From: Octopus vulgaris
Lineage: Eukaryota
Assembly: GCA_951406725.2 (NCBI GenBank)
Contig: OX597820.1
Span: 59,148,001 to 59,212,000 of the forward strand
Length of the DNA stretch: 64,000 bases
Direction: 5' to 3'
The position numbers and the translations under genes were made by a program. The notes below the pieces were generated by a model. The model ran no database searches. It saw only the letters and a program-made list of their open reading frames with translations, and had not been told where the DNA came from. This document shows positions 1 through 12,078 of this stretch, in pieces. Position 1 is the stretch's first letter; each line of letters opens with the position of its first letter.

Positions 1-539
1 CAAAAATGAGTGTTCAGTATGTTGGCAACAGGAATTTCTGTCAAAGAGACATGGTTAAACAAAGTCATACATCATCTCCCTCTTTTTCTTACGTGCCTAA
101 TCTTTCTCTCTCTTTTATTATTACTCCCACTGCCACCATCAACACTACTACTTTTAATAAAACATCAACTCTCCCTAAATTTCTTTCTTTCTTTCTCTCT
201 CTTTCTCTGCCCTCACCATCTCTATGCCTACTATTATTCTTATCCCATCATGAGTATTAGTAGGACTATCATTGAATAGTGAGAGAGGGGGGTCTAAGTG
301 TGACACACTGACACACAGAAATTAGTTTCCACATTTATTATATTAGATGTCAGCTTTCCATGCAGGTATGGTATGATGGTTTTATGGGATTCAATGAGCC
401 ATGACCAGCTCTAATGTCTCGTTTTTGATATGGTTTCTACAAGTGGATACCCTTCTTAACACCAACCACTTTACAGAGTGGAACTGAGCGTAATTTTTCA
501 TGGCACACATACCCATAAATCTCCATATCAAATTTTTTT

Positions 540-713
540 AGGACAAGGCCAGCAATTTAGGGGAAGGGGATAAGTCGATTACATCGCCCCCAGTGCTTAA
601 CAGGTACTTATTTTATTGACCTCAGTAGAATTTGAACTCACAACATATAGACAGATGAAATACCGCTAAGCATTTTGCCTGCCATGCCAACGATTCTGCC
701 AGCTTGCAACCTT
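540..713 (-). mobile_element. tRNA-derived SINE, family A, decayed
   Basis: Matches the other family-A copies (gaatttgaactca...aataccgctaagcatttt...ctgccagct). Confidence 0.75.
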
Positions 714-739
714 ACACATACCCATGAACATTAACTCAC

Positions 740-944
740 CTATCCACCCACAAAACCGACACCAGTGGGATACCAAGTTTCTTGGCACGGTCCCATGTTC
801 GTTTGGTTCCATCTTTGAATATAACATGGGTGACTTCTTTATTTAGCTTAGGTGAAATGCGGGCACCTAGTTTCTCCAGTTCTATGGCGACTTCTCTACT
901 GCGATTCTCATTTTTGGACCTCACTTCCACATAAGCCACCACTT
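740..944 (-). CDS. MCPH1: Microcephalin exon encoding the N-terminal BRCT domain (gene continues beyond the window start)
   Basis: Translates (E)VVAYVEVRSKNENRSREVAIELEKLGARISPKLNKEVTHVIFKDGTKRTWDRAKKLGIPLVSVLWVD, matching MCPH1 BRCT1 (VVAYVEV..VTHVIFKDG..TW..A....LVSVLWV). Acceptor ttgcag at 950-945, donor gtgagt at 739-734. Confidence 0.92.
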
Positions 945-1034
945 CTGCAACAAAAAAGAATAGAAAATATGGTGAAAGATAATGTGTATACATACACACA
1001 AACACACATAGAGCATATTGTGTTTATTAATGGT

Positions 1035-1770
1035 GTAGTTAACAGTTGTCGCAATGAGTAGTTATAACTGTTATGGCTAACAGGTACTATTGTGCTGTTT
1101 ACCTTTGTAGTTTACAGGTGTCACTGTGCTGTTTATAACTGTTGTAGTTAACAGGTGTAACTATGCTGTTTATAAGTGCTGTAGTTAACAGGTGTTACTG
1201 CGCTGTTTATAGCTGCAGTAGTTAACAGGTGTCACTGTGCTGTTTATAAGTGCTGTAGTTAACAGGTATTACTGCGCTGTTTATAACTGCAGTAGTTAAC
1301 AGGTGTAACTGTGCTGTTTATAACTGCAGTAGTTAACAGGTGTCACTGTGCTGTTTATAACTGCAGTAGTTAACAGGTATTACTGCGCTGTTTATAACTG
1401 CAGTAGTTAACAGGTGTAACTATGCTGTTTATAACTGCAGTAGTTAACAGGTGTCACTGTGCTGTTTATAAGTGCTGTAGTTAACAGGTGTTACTGCACT
1501 GTTTATAACTGCAGTAGTTAACAGGTGTCACTGTGCTGTTTATAAGTGCTGTAGTTAACAGGTATTACTGCGCTGTTTATAACTGCAGTAGTTAACAGGT
1601 GTAACTATGCTGTTTATAACTGCAGTAGTTAACAGGTGTAACTGTGCTGTTTATAAGTGCTGTAGTTAACAGGTGTTACTGCACTGTTTATAACTGCTGT
1701 AGTTAACAGGTGTCACTGTGCTGTTTATAACTGCTGTAGTTAACAGGTGTCACTAAAGCAGTTAACAGGT
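1035..1770. repeat. 37-bp minisatellite, about 19-20 units, in an MCPH1 intron
   Basis: Unit gtagttaacaggtgtcactgtgctgtttataactgca; 37-bp period read directly (1181, 1218, ...); units degenerate at both ends. Confidence 0.97.
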
Positions 1771-2227
1771 TCCCCTCTAACTCCTGTTGTTCAACACCCA
1801 AGTCAACCAACTATCAAAAGTATTCCAGCTATGACCATCCCATATTCTTATCTTTTTACCAGACCATATTATACTATGTATCCTTTTTTTTTTTTATGGT
1901 AGTTTGTGATAAGGAGATCTGGCTGCTATTTATAGCAGGTCAAGTAACCTACAGAGTTTCCCTCATTATAGTTAATAGGTGTTGTTGCAGATGTATATCA
2001 GTGTTTATATTGCTGTGGTTGATAGGTGTTACTGTCACTAGTATCACTGAGTATATTCTGGATATTTATTGTTTACAGTCATGTCTGCTGCAGCGTGCAT
2101 ATAGTTCTTAGGAGTTGTTGTGGTTAATTGATACCAGCATGTGTGCTTCCTTAATTCTTTGCGTCTCAATCCTTAATACCATGAAAACCCAAGCACCATG
2201 ATGAACTAATGATAGAGCCTTTTGCAT

Positions 2228-2472
2228 CAGTAATTCTCAACCAGGACCCATACGGCCCTTGCAGTGCACGTAAGATTTTCTGTTAACATTTATGAGCAAT
2301 AAATTGCTTAGACTTCTACAATACACCAAACAATTTTAAGAATTTTTAAAATACAATTCCCACAATAATATTTAATAATAAAAATAGGATTTTTTAAACA
2401 ATGAATGGCTGGGAGGGTTAGGGTTAAGAATCAAAGGGGTCCATAGATAAAAAAAATGGTTGAGAACCATTG
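2228..2472. mobile_element. hAT/Charlie-like MITE, decayed
   Basis: Ends cagtaattctcaacc ... ggttgagaaccattg; related to 12975-13140. Confidence 0.6.
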
Positions 2473-2705
2473 CTCTATATGCTTGCTTCATTTGGTAGAA
2501 ATAGTTTAATTCCCTTCAGATTATTATCTACTGTCTTCAAAAAGGAAAGCAAATTAGATAATGTTCTCTCAGATGTCATTTTGTCAGAAAAAAGGCAGGT
2601 TGAAGCACATTTGATCATATGTATAGTTGATTAGGTCTGACCTGGAGCTAAACAACATAAAAACTATGAAATCAAACATTTCTTCCATAAAAAATAGTTT
2701 ATTAC

Positions 2706-3395
2706 TGGCGTGGCTGTGTGGTAAGAAGCTTGCTTCCCAACCACATGGTTATGGGTTCAGTCTCATTGTGTGGCACCTTGGACAAGTGTCTTCTATCTAC
2801 TATAGCCTCTGGTAGACAGAAACTGAAAGAAGCCCGTCGTGGAAGCTGGACTTTTCAGGCAAGATGACAAAGGGCTGAGACACCTGGCGCCTGGTCGTAA
2901 TCAAGACCCGTACCCAACAGCAGAAGTGTTAAGACCGATCCTTCTAGTGGTGTAAAGCACTCGTGGCGGTGCCAGGTAAAAGCGCCCGTGCGGTGTCCGT
3001 AAAAGCACCCAGCACACTCTGTAAAGTGGTTGGCGAGAGGAAGGGCATCCAGCCGAAGAAACCACGCCAGATTAGACTGGAGTCTGGTGCTTCCCCACCC
3101 ATTCACCTCAGCTTGCCAGCTGTGGTCACACCGTCCAACCCATGCCAGCACGGACAACGGACGTTAAATAATGATGATGATGATGTGTGTTGGTGTAATA
3201 TGTTTATCCCCCACCATCGCTCAACAACCGGTGCTGGTATGTTTATGTCCCCGTAACAAAGCGGTTCTGCGAAAAAGGCCTATACAATAAGTACCAAGCT
3301 TTAAAAAAATAAGTGCTGCGACCGCTACATTCGACAAAAAATTCAAGGCAGTGCCCCAGCATGGCCGCAGTCTAATAACTGAAACAAGTAAAAGA
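2706..3395 (+). mobile_element. CORE-like SINE (family B) interrupted by an RTE 3'-tail fragment (~2841-3184)
   Basis: tRNA-like head plus accttggacaagtg; insert ending ggacgttaaataatgatgatgatgat; SINE resumes and ends ...ccagcatggccgcagtc...gaaacaagtaaaag. Confidence 0.8.
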
Positions 3396-3409
3396 TGAAG
3401 ATACCTTAC

Positions 3410-3584
3410 CTTCAAGAACTTCCTGTTTTGCTTTGGTATCCTCCAAACTTTCCATCATAGCAGACTTAGATAAATCAACATTTGGAATTGATTTCTCACG
3501 TGGAAATAACATGCGAAGTTTTCCTTTGATCCACAGAGAAAAGCACGTGTCAACAACAGTAGATTTGAAGGAAGGAAATTCCAT
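3410..3584 (-). CDS. MCPH1: Probable first coding exon of MCPH1 (exon 3410-3663; start codon uncertain)
   Basis: ORF ends ...KQEVLE-G at donor G|gtaagg (3409). Phase 1 joins the AA of the next exon to give EVLEEVVAYVEV. Acceptor ttccag at 3669-3664. Several in-frame ATGs are possible starts. Confidence 0.72.
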
Positions 3585-3924
3585 ACGTAAACATTACATT
3601 TTCTTCCGAATTAGCCAGATAATACATCATTGTTCTTATTCAGGACTGGAAAGCGCGGTCTTCCTGGAATAAAACGTAAGAAATAACTTAAACACAGGCA
3701 TTAGAATTAACAAATAACAGTTAACATGTCGCTGTTAGAAATTTCATCTACAGACGCGCTTCACACTAAGTAATCTTTAAAATACTGTTCATCTTAAATC
3801 TCCACTGTTGAAATTCCGAGTACCAATTTGTGAACTTTCAGTTTCCATTATATATATATATATATACACACACACATAGACACGAGTGAATAAAAAGGAA
3901 ATAGCACATAACACATTTGCTAGG

Positions 3925-4885
3925 ACTTACGTATATTGATGAAATGAATTCCGTTTTACGCGCCCACCAACTTCAAGTCTGTCAATATATACATTCACAT
4001 CACATCCTGATCATGTTAAGTGAATTAAAAAAAAAATTGTATGTGAATATATTGCACCATCTAATCTATAGCTTATTTTTATCAATGACGAAATCAATCA
4101 GAGAGTTAATAATTCATTTTGGCTAAAGTATTGATTATCTTATTTATTTCGTCATTGTTAAGAATAAGATATAAATTAGATTCCGCAATATATTCACAAA
4201 CAACTTTTTTTTTTTTTTTACTTCACTTAACATGATCAAGATGTAATGTAAATACTGTATATAAAATATTTAAATGCATACAAAATCACACTAAAGTCTA
4301 GATAAATTAATATTAAGCAAAAGTGAGCTAAGGAAACTGAATTAACACTTCAAGAAAACATTTTATATAACAGATCTCTGTCCAAAAAGTCGACGTTTTA
4401 TTTATCTGTTGACCTTAACAATTATGTCGTTTGTTTTCGTTGTCAAATATCTTATAGCAGATAGTAAATTTCTCTGTGGGAAATCTACAACTATCCAGTA
4501 AGTGTTTACCGTTAATAAAACAGTAAAATATATAAATAATCCAACTTACATTTAAAATCAAAATAAAAATATCGGCAAATACAAGGTATTTGAAAGTAGC
4601 GCCATATCACTTTAGTCAGCTTCTTTGAAAAGTTCTTTTAACAATCTGTCTACAGACATTTTTTTAAATTATATTTTTTTGTTAACTAATGTGAATATAT
4701 TAATATTTTAATTAATAAATAAAACATGTTTTATACAATATTTAAATATTTATGAGTTTAATAAACATAACATTAAAAAATAAATTACGAAACGTCGGAT
4801 AACAATACAACAATAATAACAATGGCTTTCGTGTTGATAAATTTTATTGAAAGGAAGATATTTTTTATTTGTCTCGCGAAAATAC
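3925..4885 (-). promoter_or_regulatory. Putative MCPH1 promoter / 5'UTR exon region
   Basis: Repeat-poor, relatively CpG-rich segment with minus-strand gtaagt donors at 3930 and 4549, and E2F-like motifs tttacgcgccc (~3955) and tctcgcgaaaa (~4872). Confidence 0.35.
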
Positions 4886-5162
4886 AGAATAGTTTATGTA
4901 AAGTTAACTAAAAGTAATTGAGTTATATGTCACAACTATCTTATTCTAGACAAATAACATTTTTGAGTGTTCTATTTAATATTCAAATAAAATAGTGTTG
5001 TCATATATGTACTATCAGAATCTAGGACATCTCTACTATGACCCTACGTGGCACCTCCAGAAACTCACTTTGTGCCTTTGCCGTTATACATTCACACGCA
5101 CACACAAAGATTTATGCGTATGTGTGTAAACCTAAGCAGTAGACATACAAACATAACAAATT

Positions 5163-5345
5163 GGATCTTTACCTTTTGACGGACAGATTTTTTAAATAAT
5201 TGTAACTAAATGGCGGTGCCCCAGCATGGCCACAGCTCATAAGCTGAAACTAGAATCAATCAATCAATCAAACACTTTCAAACCTCGGACACTGGTAGAA
5301 TGTGTCATATAAAACATCTTTTACTCTTAGCATTTTTATTTTTCT
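5163..5345 (+). mobile_element. Solo arm of the 7849-8320 MITE family, interrupted by a SINE-tail fragment (5211-5270)
   Basis: ggatctttaccttttgacgg...taactaaa [insert] aacactttcaaacctcggacactggtagaatgtgtca matches the TIR at 7849. Confidence 0.7.
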
Positions 5346-5559
5346 AAAGACTGAAAAATTTATGAACAGCCTCAATCGATTTTGAAACATTATTGGGGTC
5401 TCACCAGAGGTGTGTGCATTTGTGTGTGTAAATATATAAATACGATCCAGGGACCTGTATGTAGGAAGTTTGTAAGCTTCATGCAGTAGGCAGCCAGTAT
5501 AGCGAGCAAAAAGTATAGTATATGATAAGATACAATACCCATTTATTTTTACTCTAAGC

Positions 5560-5955
5560 ACAAGGCACGAAATTTTGGGGGAGGGGGCCAGTCGATTATA
5601 TCGACCTCAGTATGCAACTGGCACTTAATTTATCGACCCCGAAAGGATGAAAGGCAAGGTCGACCTCGGCGGAATTTGAACTCAGAACGTAAAGACAGAC
5701 GAAGTACCGCTAAGCATTCCGCCTGGTGTGCTAACGTTTCTTATTTCTTTACTTACCACAAGGGGCTACATACATACGGGACAAACAAGGACAGACAAAT
5801 TGATTAAGTCGATTATATTGGCCCCAGTGCGTAACTGGTACTTATTTAATCGACCCCGAAAGGATGAAAAGCAAAGTCGACTTCGGCGGAATTTGAACTC
5901 AGAACGTAGCGGCAGACGAAATACCGCTAACGTTTCTGCCAGCTCGCCCACCTTA
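5560..5955 (-). mobile_element. Head-to-tail pair of family-A SINEs
   Basis: Two copies of tcgaccccgaaaggatgaaa...tcgac.tcggcggaatttgaactcagaacgta with different 3' tails. Confidence 0.88.
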
Positions 5956-6277
5956 CAATAACAATTTATTGACATCAAGAATTATGCACTTTTTCCCATA
6001 TCGAAGTTGCAAAGAAATTTGATAAGCTGATAATTTCTATACAGCTTACTGTTAGCAAATAATGCTACTAATAATGCGAATAAAATTTCAAACTGAGGGA
6101 ATGGGACAGATAAAATGTATGTTACATATGTTTCTTGACTAGCTGTCGCTCATTACACAAGTGTTATACAATAAATTTTTTTCGGCATAACTAATCATCA
6201 GGCTGCAACTACCTTAATGAAGTTAACATGTCACACTGAATTCCTAAGTCATCTACAACTCAACGGTAATTAGAAAA

Positions 6278-6312
<35 letters not shown>

Positions 6313-6352
6313 AATAATAAGAGAGAGTCCACCATGTGGTCACTCTAACGCT

Positions 6353-6398
<46 letters not shown>

Positions 6399-6664
6399 TG
6401 AAATTTCGAACTTTTGAAGAATTAAAAATAAAATTTCCAGACGCAAATTTTGAAACCTGAATCCACGACATGTCCTAGAAAATATGGATGCATGGTAACT
6501 TTACCATAAAGCATTCTAGGCATAAATGGAATTATAATAGAGGACTTCTACTGTCAGTTTCATAATGTATTCAGACATGATGCAATTGTTTCCAAAGACA
6601 CTGAGGAAAAAAAGATGTTAATATTTTTTCTACTTTAATTTTATTTCTTTAAGAAGAAAAGATC

Positions 6665-7121
6665 GGTGCTACTTTGGTGTGTGATCTGCAAGGGAGATTA
6701 CTTTTTAGCTTACTTTTCAATTTCTAAAAACCCGTAAGATTTTTTTCAAAATTCTTACTAGTTTAATAATAAGAAAACCATATAATAATTAAAATAAGCG
6801 CGTAGATCACCCACCAAAGTAAATTTGCTTACATAGATCACACGGAAAATAGCCTAAAGTAATCTCATTTTAAGTTGTAGATCACACGCCAAAGTGGCAC
6901 CTTCCTTTTTCTTAAGAAATGATGTGAATTTTATGCTGGTTTCCTGTGAAAATGCAACTGCCTTCTGGTTTCTTGTAAGGATGCAACTGCCTTCGTCTCG
7001 TTGCGGATCACATTGTAAAGATCTTTAGTTAACATTTTGTAGGGGTCTTTAGAAATTGATAAGTAATCTAAAAAGTAACTTAAAGTAATCTCCCTTGTAG
7101 ATCACACGCCAAAGTAGCACC
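6665..7121. mobile_element. MITE with GG-starting ~40-bp TIRs and internal TIR copies (Merlin-like, tentative)
   Basis: ggtgctactttggtgtgtgatctgcaagggagattacttt versus aaagtaatctcccttgtagatcacacgccaaagtagcacc; internal tagatcac repeats at ~6803, 6835 and 6878. Confidence 0.8.
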
Positions 7122-7848
7122 AAAAATCTCAAGAATACTAGCATGAAACAGTAAAGAAAATAATACAAGAGGATACCATAAAAATATTCTCAGTGCTATT
7201 TCTGGGTTAGAAAAAAAATTACTAACTTTTCAGTAAAAATGTGACTGTGCCCAACCTGTAATATGACAGCATCAAAATACCATATTTTAGTTGTACATAC
7301 GAGCATACAATTATCAGTTGCTAAAATGATAGAACTTAAAGGATGAGTAATATGACGTCACAAGTAGCTGACCCATTTCGAAAGCATGACGGTGTATCCT
7401 GCCATTCCTTTCACACACATGATCAAGTTTCAGTCAACTTTTGGCTTGCAAATTATCATTTATCTTTTGTTGTATTCATATAAATGTCGATGTGTTTAAT
7501 TATTTGATGACAATGCCCAACAAGGTTGGGATCAACAGAATGCCTTGGATTATTTCGTTGTCAATACTCGGCAATCTTTCGATATAACTATCGTCGTCGT
7601 CTGTTTACCATGTCTTTTATTTTACTTCATTACAATGTGAAACTCAGCATTGATATACGTGTAAAAATCAAAAGAAAAGCGAAAAAAATTATAAAATATA
7701 AAAACAATGTTGTTCTGGTGTACCATAAATACATAAGTGATTGTAACATGCCAGCTCCCTAGAGGCTCGTAGAAAAGAAATAATGAGAATTGTGTCGGTC
7801 TTGCAACCTTACCAGCACAGCCCTATGGTAATGTGGGAGCGAATGTAC

Positions 7849-8320
7849 AGATCTTTTCCTTTTGAACGGCACATGTCAACACAGTTTCTAGTTAACTAAA
7901 CACTTTAAAACTTCGTATACTGGTAGAATGTGTCAAAATAAAACATTTTTTTCTCTTGGCTTTCTTGAGAAAATTGTAATTTGTTTGTTTAACGTAGTTT
8001 AATTTTTCGAATTTTAACCAATGAATCGCCTCTAGTGAGCTAAAATCATTTGCTGCGTCTAAAACTGAGACAAAATCCCTAAACCCTCACCCTAACCCTA
8101 ACCCTAAACCTCACCCTAACCCTAACCCCCCCAATTTCTTTTTATTCATTGTTAAATTCGAAAAATTAAACTACGTTAAACAAACGAATTACAATTTTAT
8201 CAAGAAAGCCAAGAGAAAAAAATGTTTTATTTTGACACATTCTACCAGTATACGAAGTTTTAAAGTTCTAGTTTTAACTAGAAATCGTGTTGACGTGTGC
8301 CGTTCAAAAGGAAAAGATCC
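7849..8320. mobile_element. MITE with ~175-bp TIRs, 8-bp TSD and a (CCCTAA)n-like core
   Basis: TIR gatcttttccttttgaacggcac.../...gtgccgttcaaaaggaaaagatcc; flanks gaatgtac and caatgtac; telomeric-like repeats at 8077-8128. Confidence 0.9.
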
Positions 8321-8577
8321 CAATGTACTAAGGGAAAATAAAGGAATTACACACTGAATAATGTAGTCCTGGATACATTGTGACTAAATAAAAGAGAGGA
8401 TAGTAATAGAATACCATTTATCCTAAGTCTCTTTCATGCTTAATCTAAGCTAAATAATAACTTCTCTAAGCTTAATCGATCCACTTTTCAATGGGTGTTT
8501 CATGTCACCCTACACAATGAAAAAATATTCACATATTAGTATTAGAATTCCCTTGTGACTGCTCGACGACTGTAAAG

Positions 8578-9075
8578 AAGAGTATTGACAACGAAATCTG
8601 GCAATCAATCGTTTTGAGTCTCAGACTTGTTATCGACTTGTCAAGATTCGTTCGTTAGTTTCGTGCGATTGACAGCACGTGTTCTCAAATGTAAACACAC
8701 GAAATATTATCACTAATACGACTTTTTTGATGCACATACATATACATACTTTTTTTTTTGTATGTGTGTGGAACGTAGATAACAAAAATGATGTCGCCAT
8801 TTTGAACATGAGAAAAGCCTTGCATATTTATAATGTGCCAGTTGCATTTTTGAGCATGAATGTTTATGCAGCTATGGTTCGTTCTTACCTGCTTCATTTG
8901 TGTATGTAAAATTCGTAAATTTCCAAGAAGAAAAAAAGATCAACGTCGAAAAAGCCGTATTAGTAATAATATTTCATGTGTTTATAGTTGACAACACGTG
9001 CTGTCACGCACACGGAAACTAACGAACGAATCTTGAGAAGCTTGAAACCCAAAACGATTGATTGCCAATACTCTT
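8578..9075. mobile_element. MITE with long imperfect TIRs
   Basis: aagagtattg..ggcaatcaatcgttttg..tcaagattcgttcgttagttt versus aaactaacgaacgaatcttga..caaaacgattgattgccaatactctt. Confidence 0.8.
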
Positions 9076-9127
9076 AACAGAAATGAAGATTCATATGCAT
9101 GTATCTTTTATCAAAGCAAAACCGTTA

Positions 9128-9617
9128 AAGCGGCGAGCTGACAGAAACGTTAGCACACCGGGCGAAATGCTTAGCAGTATTTCGTCTGCCGGTACGTTCA
9201 GAGTTCAAATCACGCCGAGGTCGACTTTGCCTTTCATCCTTTCGGGGTCGATAAATTAAGTACCAGTTACGCACTGGGGTCGATGTAATCGACTTAATCC
9301 GTTTGTCTGTCCTTGTTTGTCCCCTCTATGTTTAGCCCCTTGTGGGCAATAAAGAAACAGATATAATTGACTTAATCCATTTGTCTGTCCTTGTTTGTCC
9401 TCTCAGCCCCTTGTGGGTAGTAAAGAAATAGGTATTTCGTCTGTTGTTACGTTCTGAGTTCAAATTCCACCGAGGTCGACCTTGCCTTTCATCCTTTTGG
9501 GGTCGAAAAATTAAGTACCAGTTACGCACTGGGGTCAATGTAATCGACTTGATCCCTTTGTCTGTCCTTGTTTGTCCCCTCTATGTTTGTCCCCTTGTGG
9601 GCAATAAAGAAATAAGA
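9128..9617 (+). mobile_element. Family-A SINE tandem array (full copy, tail duplicate, 5'-truncated copy)
   Basis: Repeated ctttcatccttt.ggggtcga.aaattaagtaccagttacgcactggggtc; three copies of the tail ccccttgtggg.a.taaagaaa. Confidence 0.9.
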
Positions 9618-11199
9618 AACCATGCAAGCCTGTCATATGTACATGTACATGTATAATATGTATTTATATAGAATTAAGGTTCAGTTGAATTAGGTACTTA
9701 AATTGAGGCCCCTTACTAAGTAAATCTAATTTGCACAACCAAACAATATCAGGTGAATATCAAACTCTGTGCAGAAGTGTTTGCACTTGATATCCTTTCA
9801 GTGAATGCATATAACATGACCCAACTTAGTGAAGAGATCGGCTCTTAGTTGTTTCAGACATGTACTTTATATAAAAATACTTTCTCTGATAATATTTCAG
9901 AAGTGCAGATTCCAGGGTAGGTGAATAAAATTCAAATGAGTAACAAAGATGTGCAGGTGTCAATTCATTATGGCCGTTTCAAGTTATTAATGAAAACATT
10001 ACATCATTGCAAAGAAACCGTTTTCATCAGATGACCATATAGACTTCAAACACAAAGGACCAACCAACTGCTTTAACATATTCGTATCACCAACTGGAGC
10101 TGAAATATTTACATTGATTCCGTTGCTATTTCATTGGCAGAATAAATAATGTTCAGCTCAATCTGTTTGAATAGACATGATATACTATAAAAAATATTTC
10201 CAACTTCAGAGTTTGATGTTTTTTAATAAGTTAGTCAAAGAAGGAAGGAATGTCTATGACCTGCTATGCCTTTCCATATTAGAGAGATTACTATGGCTGG
10301 GGGCCATCCTGGACATCAATAAACAATAAACCCATCATTATAATATTTTACATTTTATGTTCTTGTCTTATTTGTGTGGTTTTCTTGGGTGATGATTTTC
10401 ATAAAATTCTTAATAAAGACATTTGCTTCCTATAGGAAGTGGGAGTACATAATGTTGTTACTGTCACAAGAGATAAAATATGACTTGATAATGTGGCCGG
10501 TTAATAAGGATCGTTTCACAACAGTTTTGGGAGTTTATTTGGGTTAAAAACAATGGTAATTTTTTGTCTCTCTATAGAATTCTCATCATTTCCGTGTTTA
10601 GTTATTTGATGCTAATGCTGAGTTTTTTTTTTTTCTTTTGTGTGTATTACTGGTATATTATGTTTCAGCTCCGAATTTGTAACTGTAGTTTTTAAGCTGC
10701 TTTCAGGAATACTTTCAGACATATAGTCAAGAATTATTACATTGTTGAATATATGTCTGCATGTAATGCAGTGTTGTATGTCAACAATCGGGATAATGCT
10801 AAATTCTGTGAATCTTGATTCTGTTTACTGATAGAAATAGTTTGTAAAAGTGTTTTTACTTTGTTCGCTGATATGTGTGTGTGTGTGTGTTATCATGATA
10901 ATAGATATTACCCCTTGTGTTTTGTGTATTATTTTTGCATCAGAATGTGTTGTGTTCATCCAATGATGGTGTTTGGTAGTGTTAAGTTAAGCTGTTGTAG
11001 CTGGTGTGTAATTGTGTTTTTGTTATATTGTTTATTGATGCATGTTGTGACAATGATGAGTAAGTTTTTGAGAGTTGGAGTTTGTTCTGTGGTTGTAGTG
11101 GCTAGGTGCATTGAGTAGGTGATATGTCAGTAGAGTTGTTATAGGTGGTTTTGTGAGATATATGGTTGTATTGATGTAGGTTGTTTAGGATATAAAGGG

Positions 11200-11770
11200 A
11201 GTTAAGCTGTGATGATATCATATTACCTCTGAGTGTGAAAAAATGTTTCCAAAAGTCATGGGAGCTGTGCTGTTTTCTGACTGTGGGCATGGCCACGGGT
11301 GTTAGGCACATGGAGCTCAAAAAGGTGCTCAAGGAGGTTGTTAGCATGATGATTAATAATTTTGTGGGTGTTTACCAAGTCATCTGCCAGACATCAGAGT
11401 TTCAGTGCATCTATTCCCAGGGAAGCAAGGTGTTCAGAGTATGGTAGATGTCCAATGGAGGGTATATGCTTGGTTGCATGTCTCTGAACAGTTTCCAGGA
11501 GGTCAATGTCCTGAGCAAGACAGAGATTCCAAACTAGTAATGCAAATTCCAAGTGTGGCCGCACCATAGCCATAAATAGATAGCTGGAGAGCAATTGACA
11601 TCGGTCTGGCTGAGTGATGCCAAGACACACTCAGCCTTCTTGACAATTTTAAAGATGTGCTTTGTCCAGCACAAATCACTGCTGACAGTAAAACCCAAGT
11701 CACATTCACAAGAAGACTGTGGAGAGAGAATATGGATGCTCATGATGTACATTTTTACTGAAAATGGTTG
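11200..11770 (-). pseudogene. Decayed CR1/L2-group LINE ORF2 C-terminus
   Basis: Frameshifted CDLGFTVSSDLCWTKHI..KKA, MVRPHLEFALLVWN...DIDLLETVQRHATKHIP...LPYSEHL, then TRGH and KHFFTLR. Confidence 0.85.
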
Positions 11771-11845
11771 CATTTATTGTTGTGCAACAGTAATGTATCA
11801 ATATCATTTGTGGTATCTATCTACTGGATGCATGATCTTATATAT

Positions 11846-12078
11846 ATTTCTTTACTGCCCACAAGGGGCTAAACATAGAGGGGACAAGCAAGGACAGATG
11901 AAGGGACTGAGTCGATTATATCAACCCCAGTGCGAAACTGGTACTTTATTTATCGACCCCGAAAGGATGAAAGGCAAAGTCAACCTCGGCAGAATTTGAA
12001 CTCAGAACGTAACGACAGACGAAATACCGCTAAGCATTTCGCCCGGCGTGCTAACGTGTCTGCCAGCTCGCCGCCTTT
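11846..12078 (-). mobile_element. Young family-A SINE with a 14-bp TSD
   Basis: atgatcttatatat at 11832-11845 and 12079-12092. Confidence 0.92.

Noticed and set aside
1035-1770. CRISPR-like array of 37-bp repeats
   Set aside because: The units are contiguous with no unique spacers, the context is eukaryotic and there are no cas genes.
8077-8128. True telomere or chromosome-fusion scar
   Set aside because: Short, degenerate, single orientation and enclosed by MITE TIRs.
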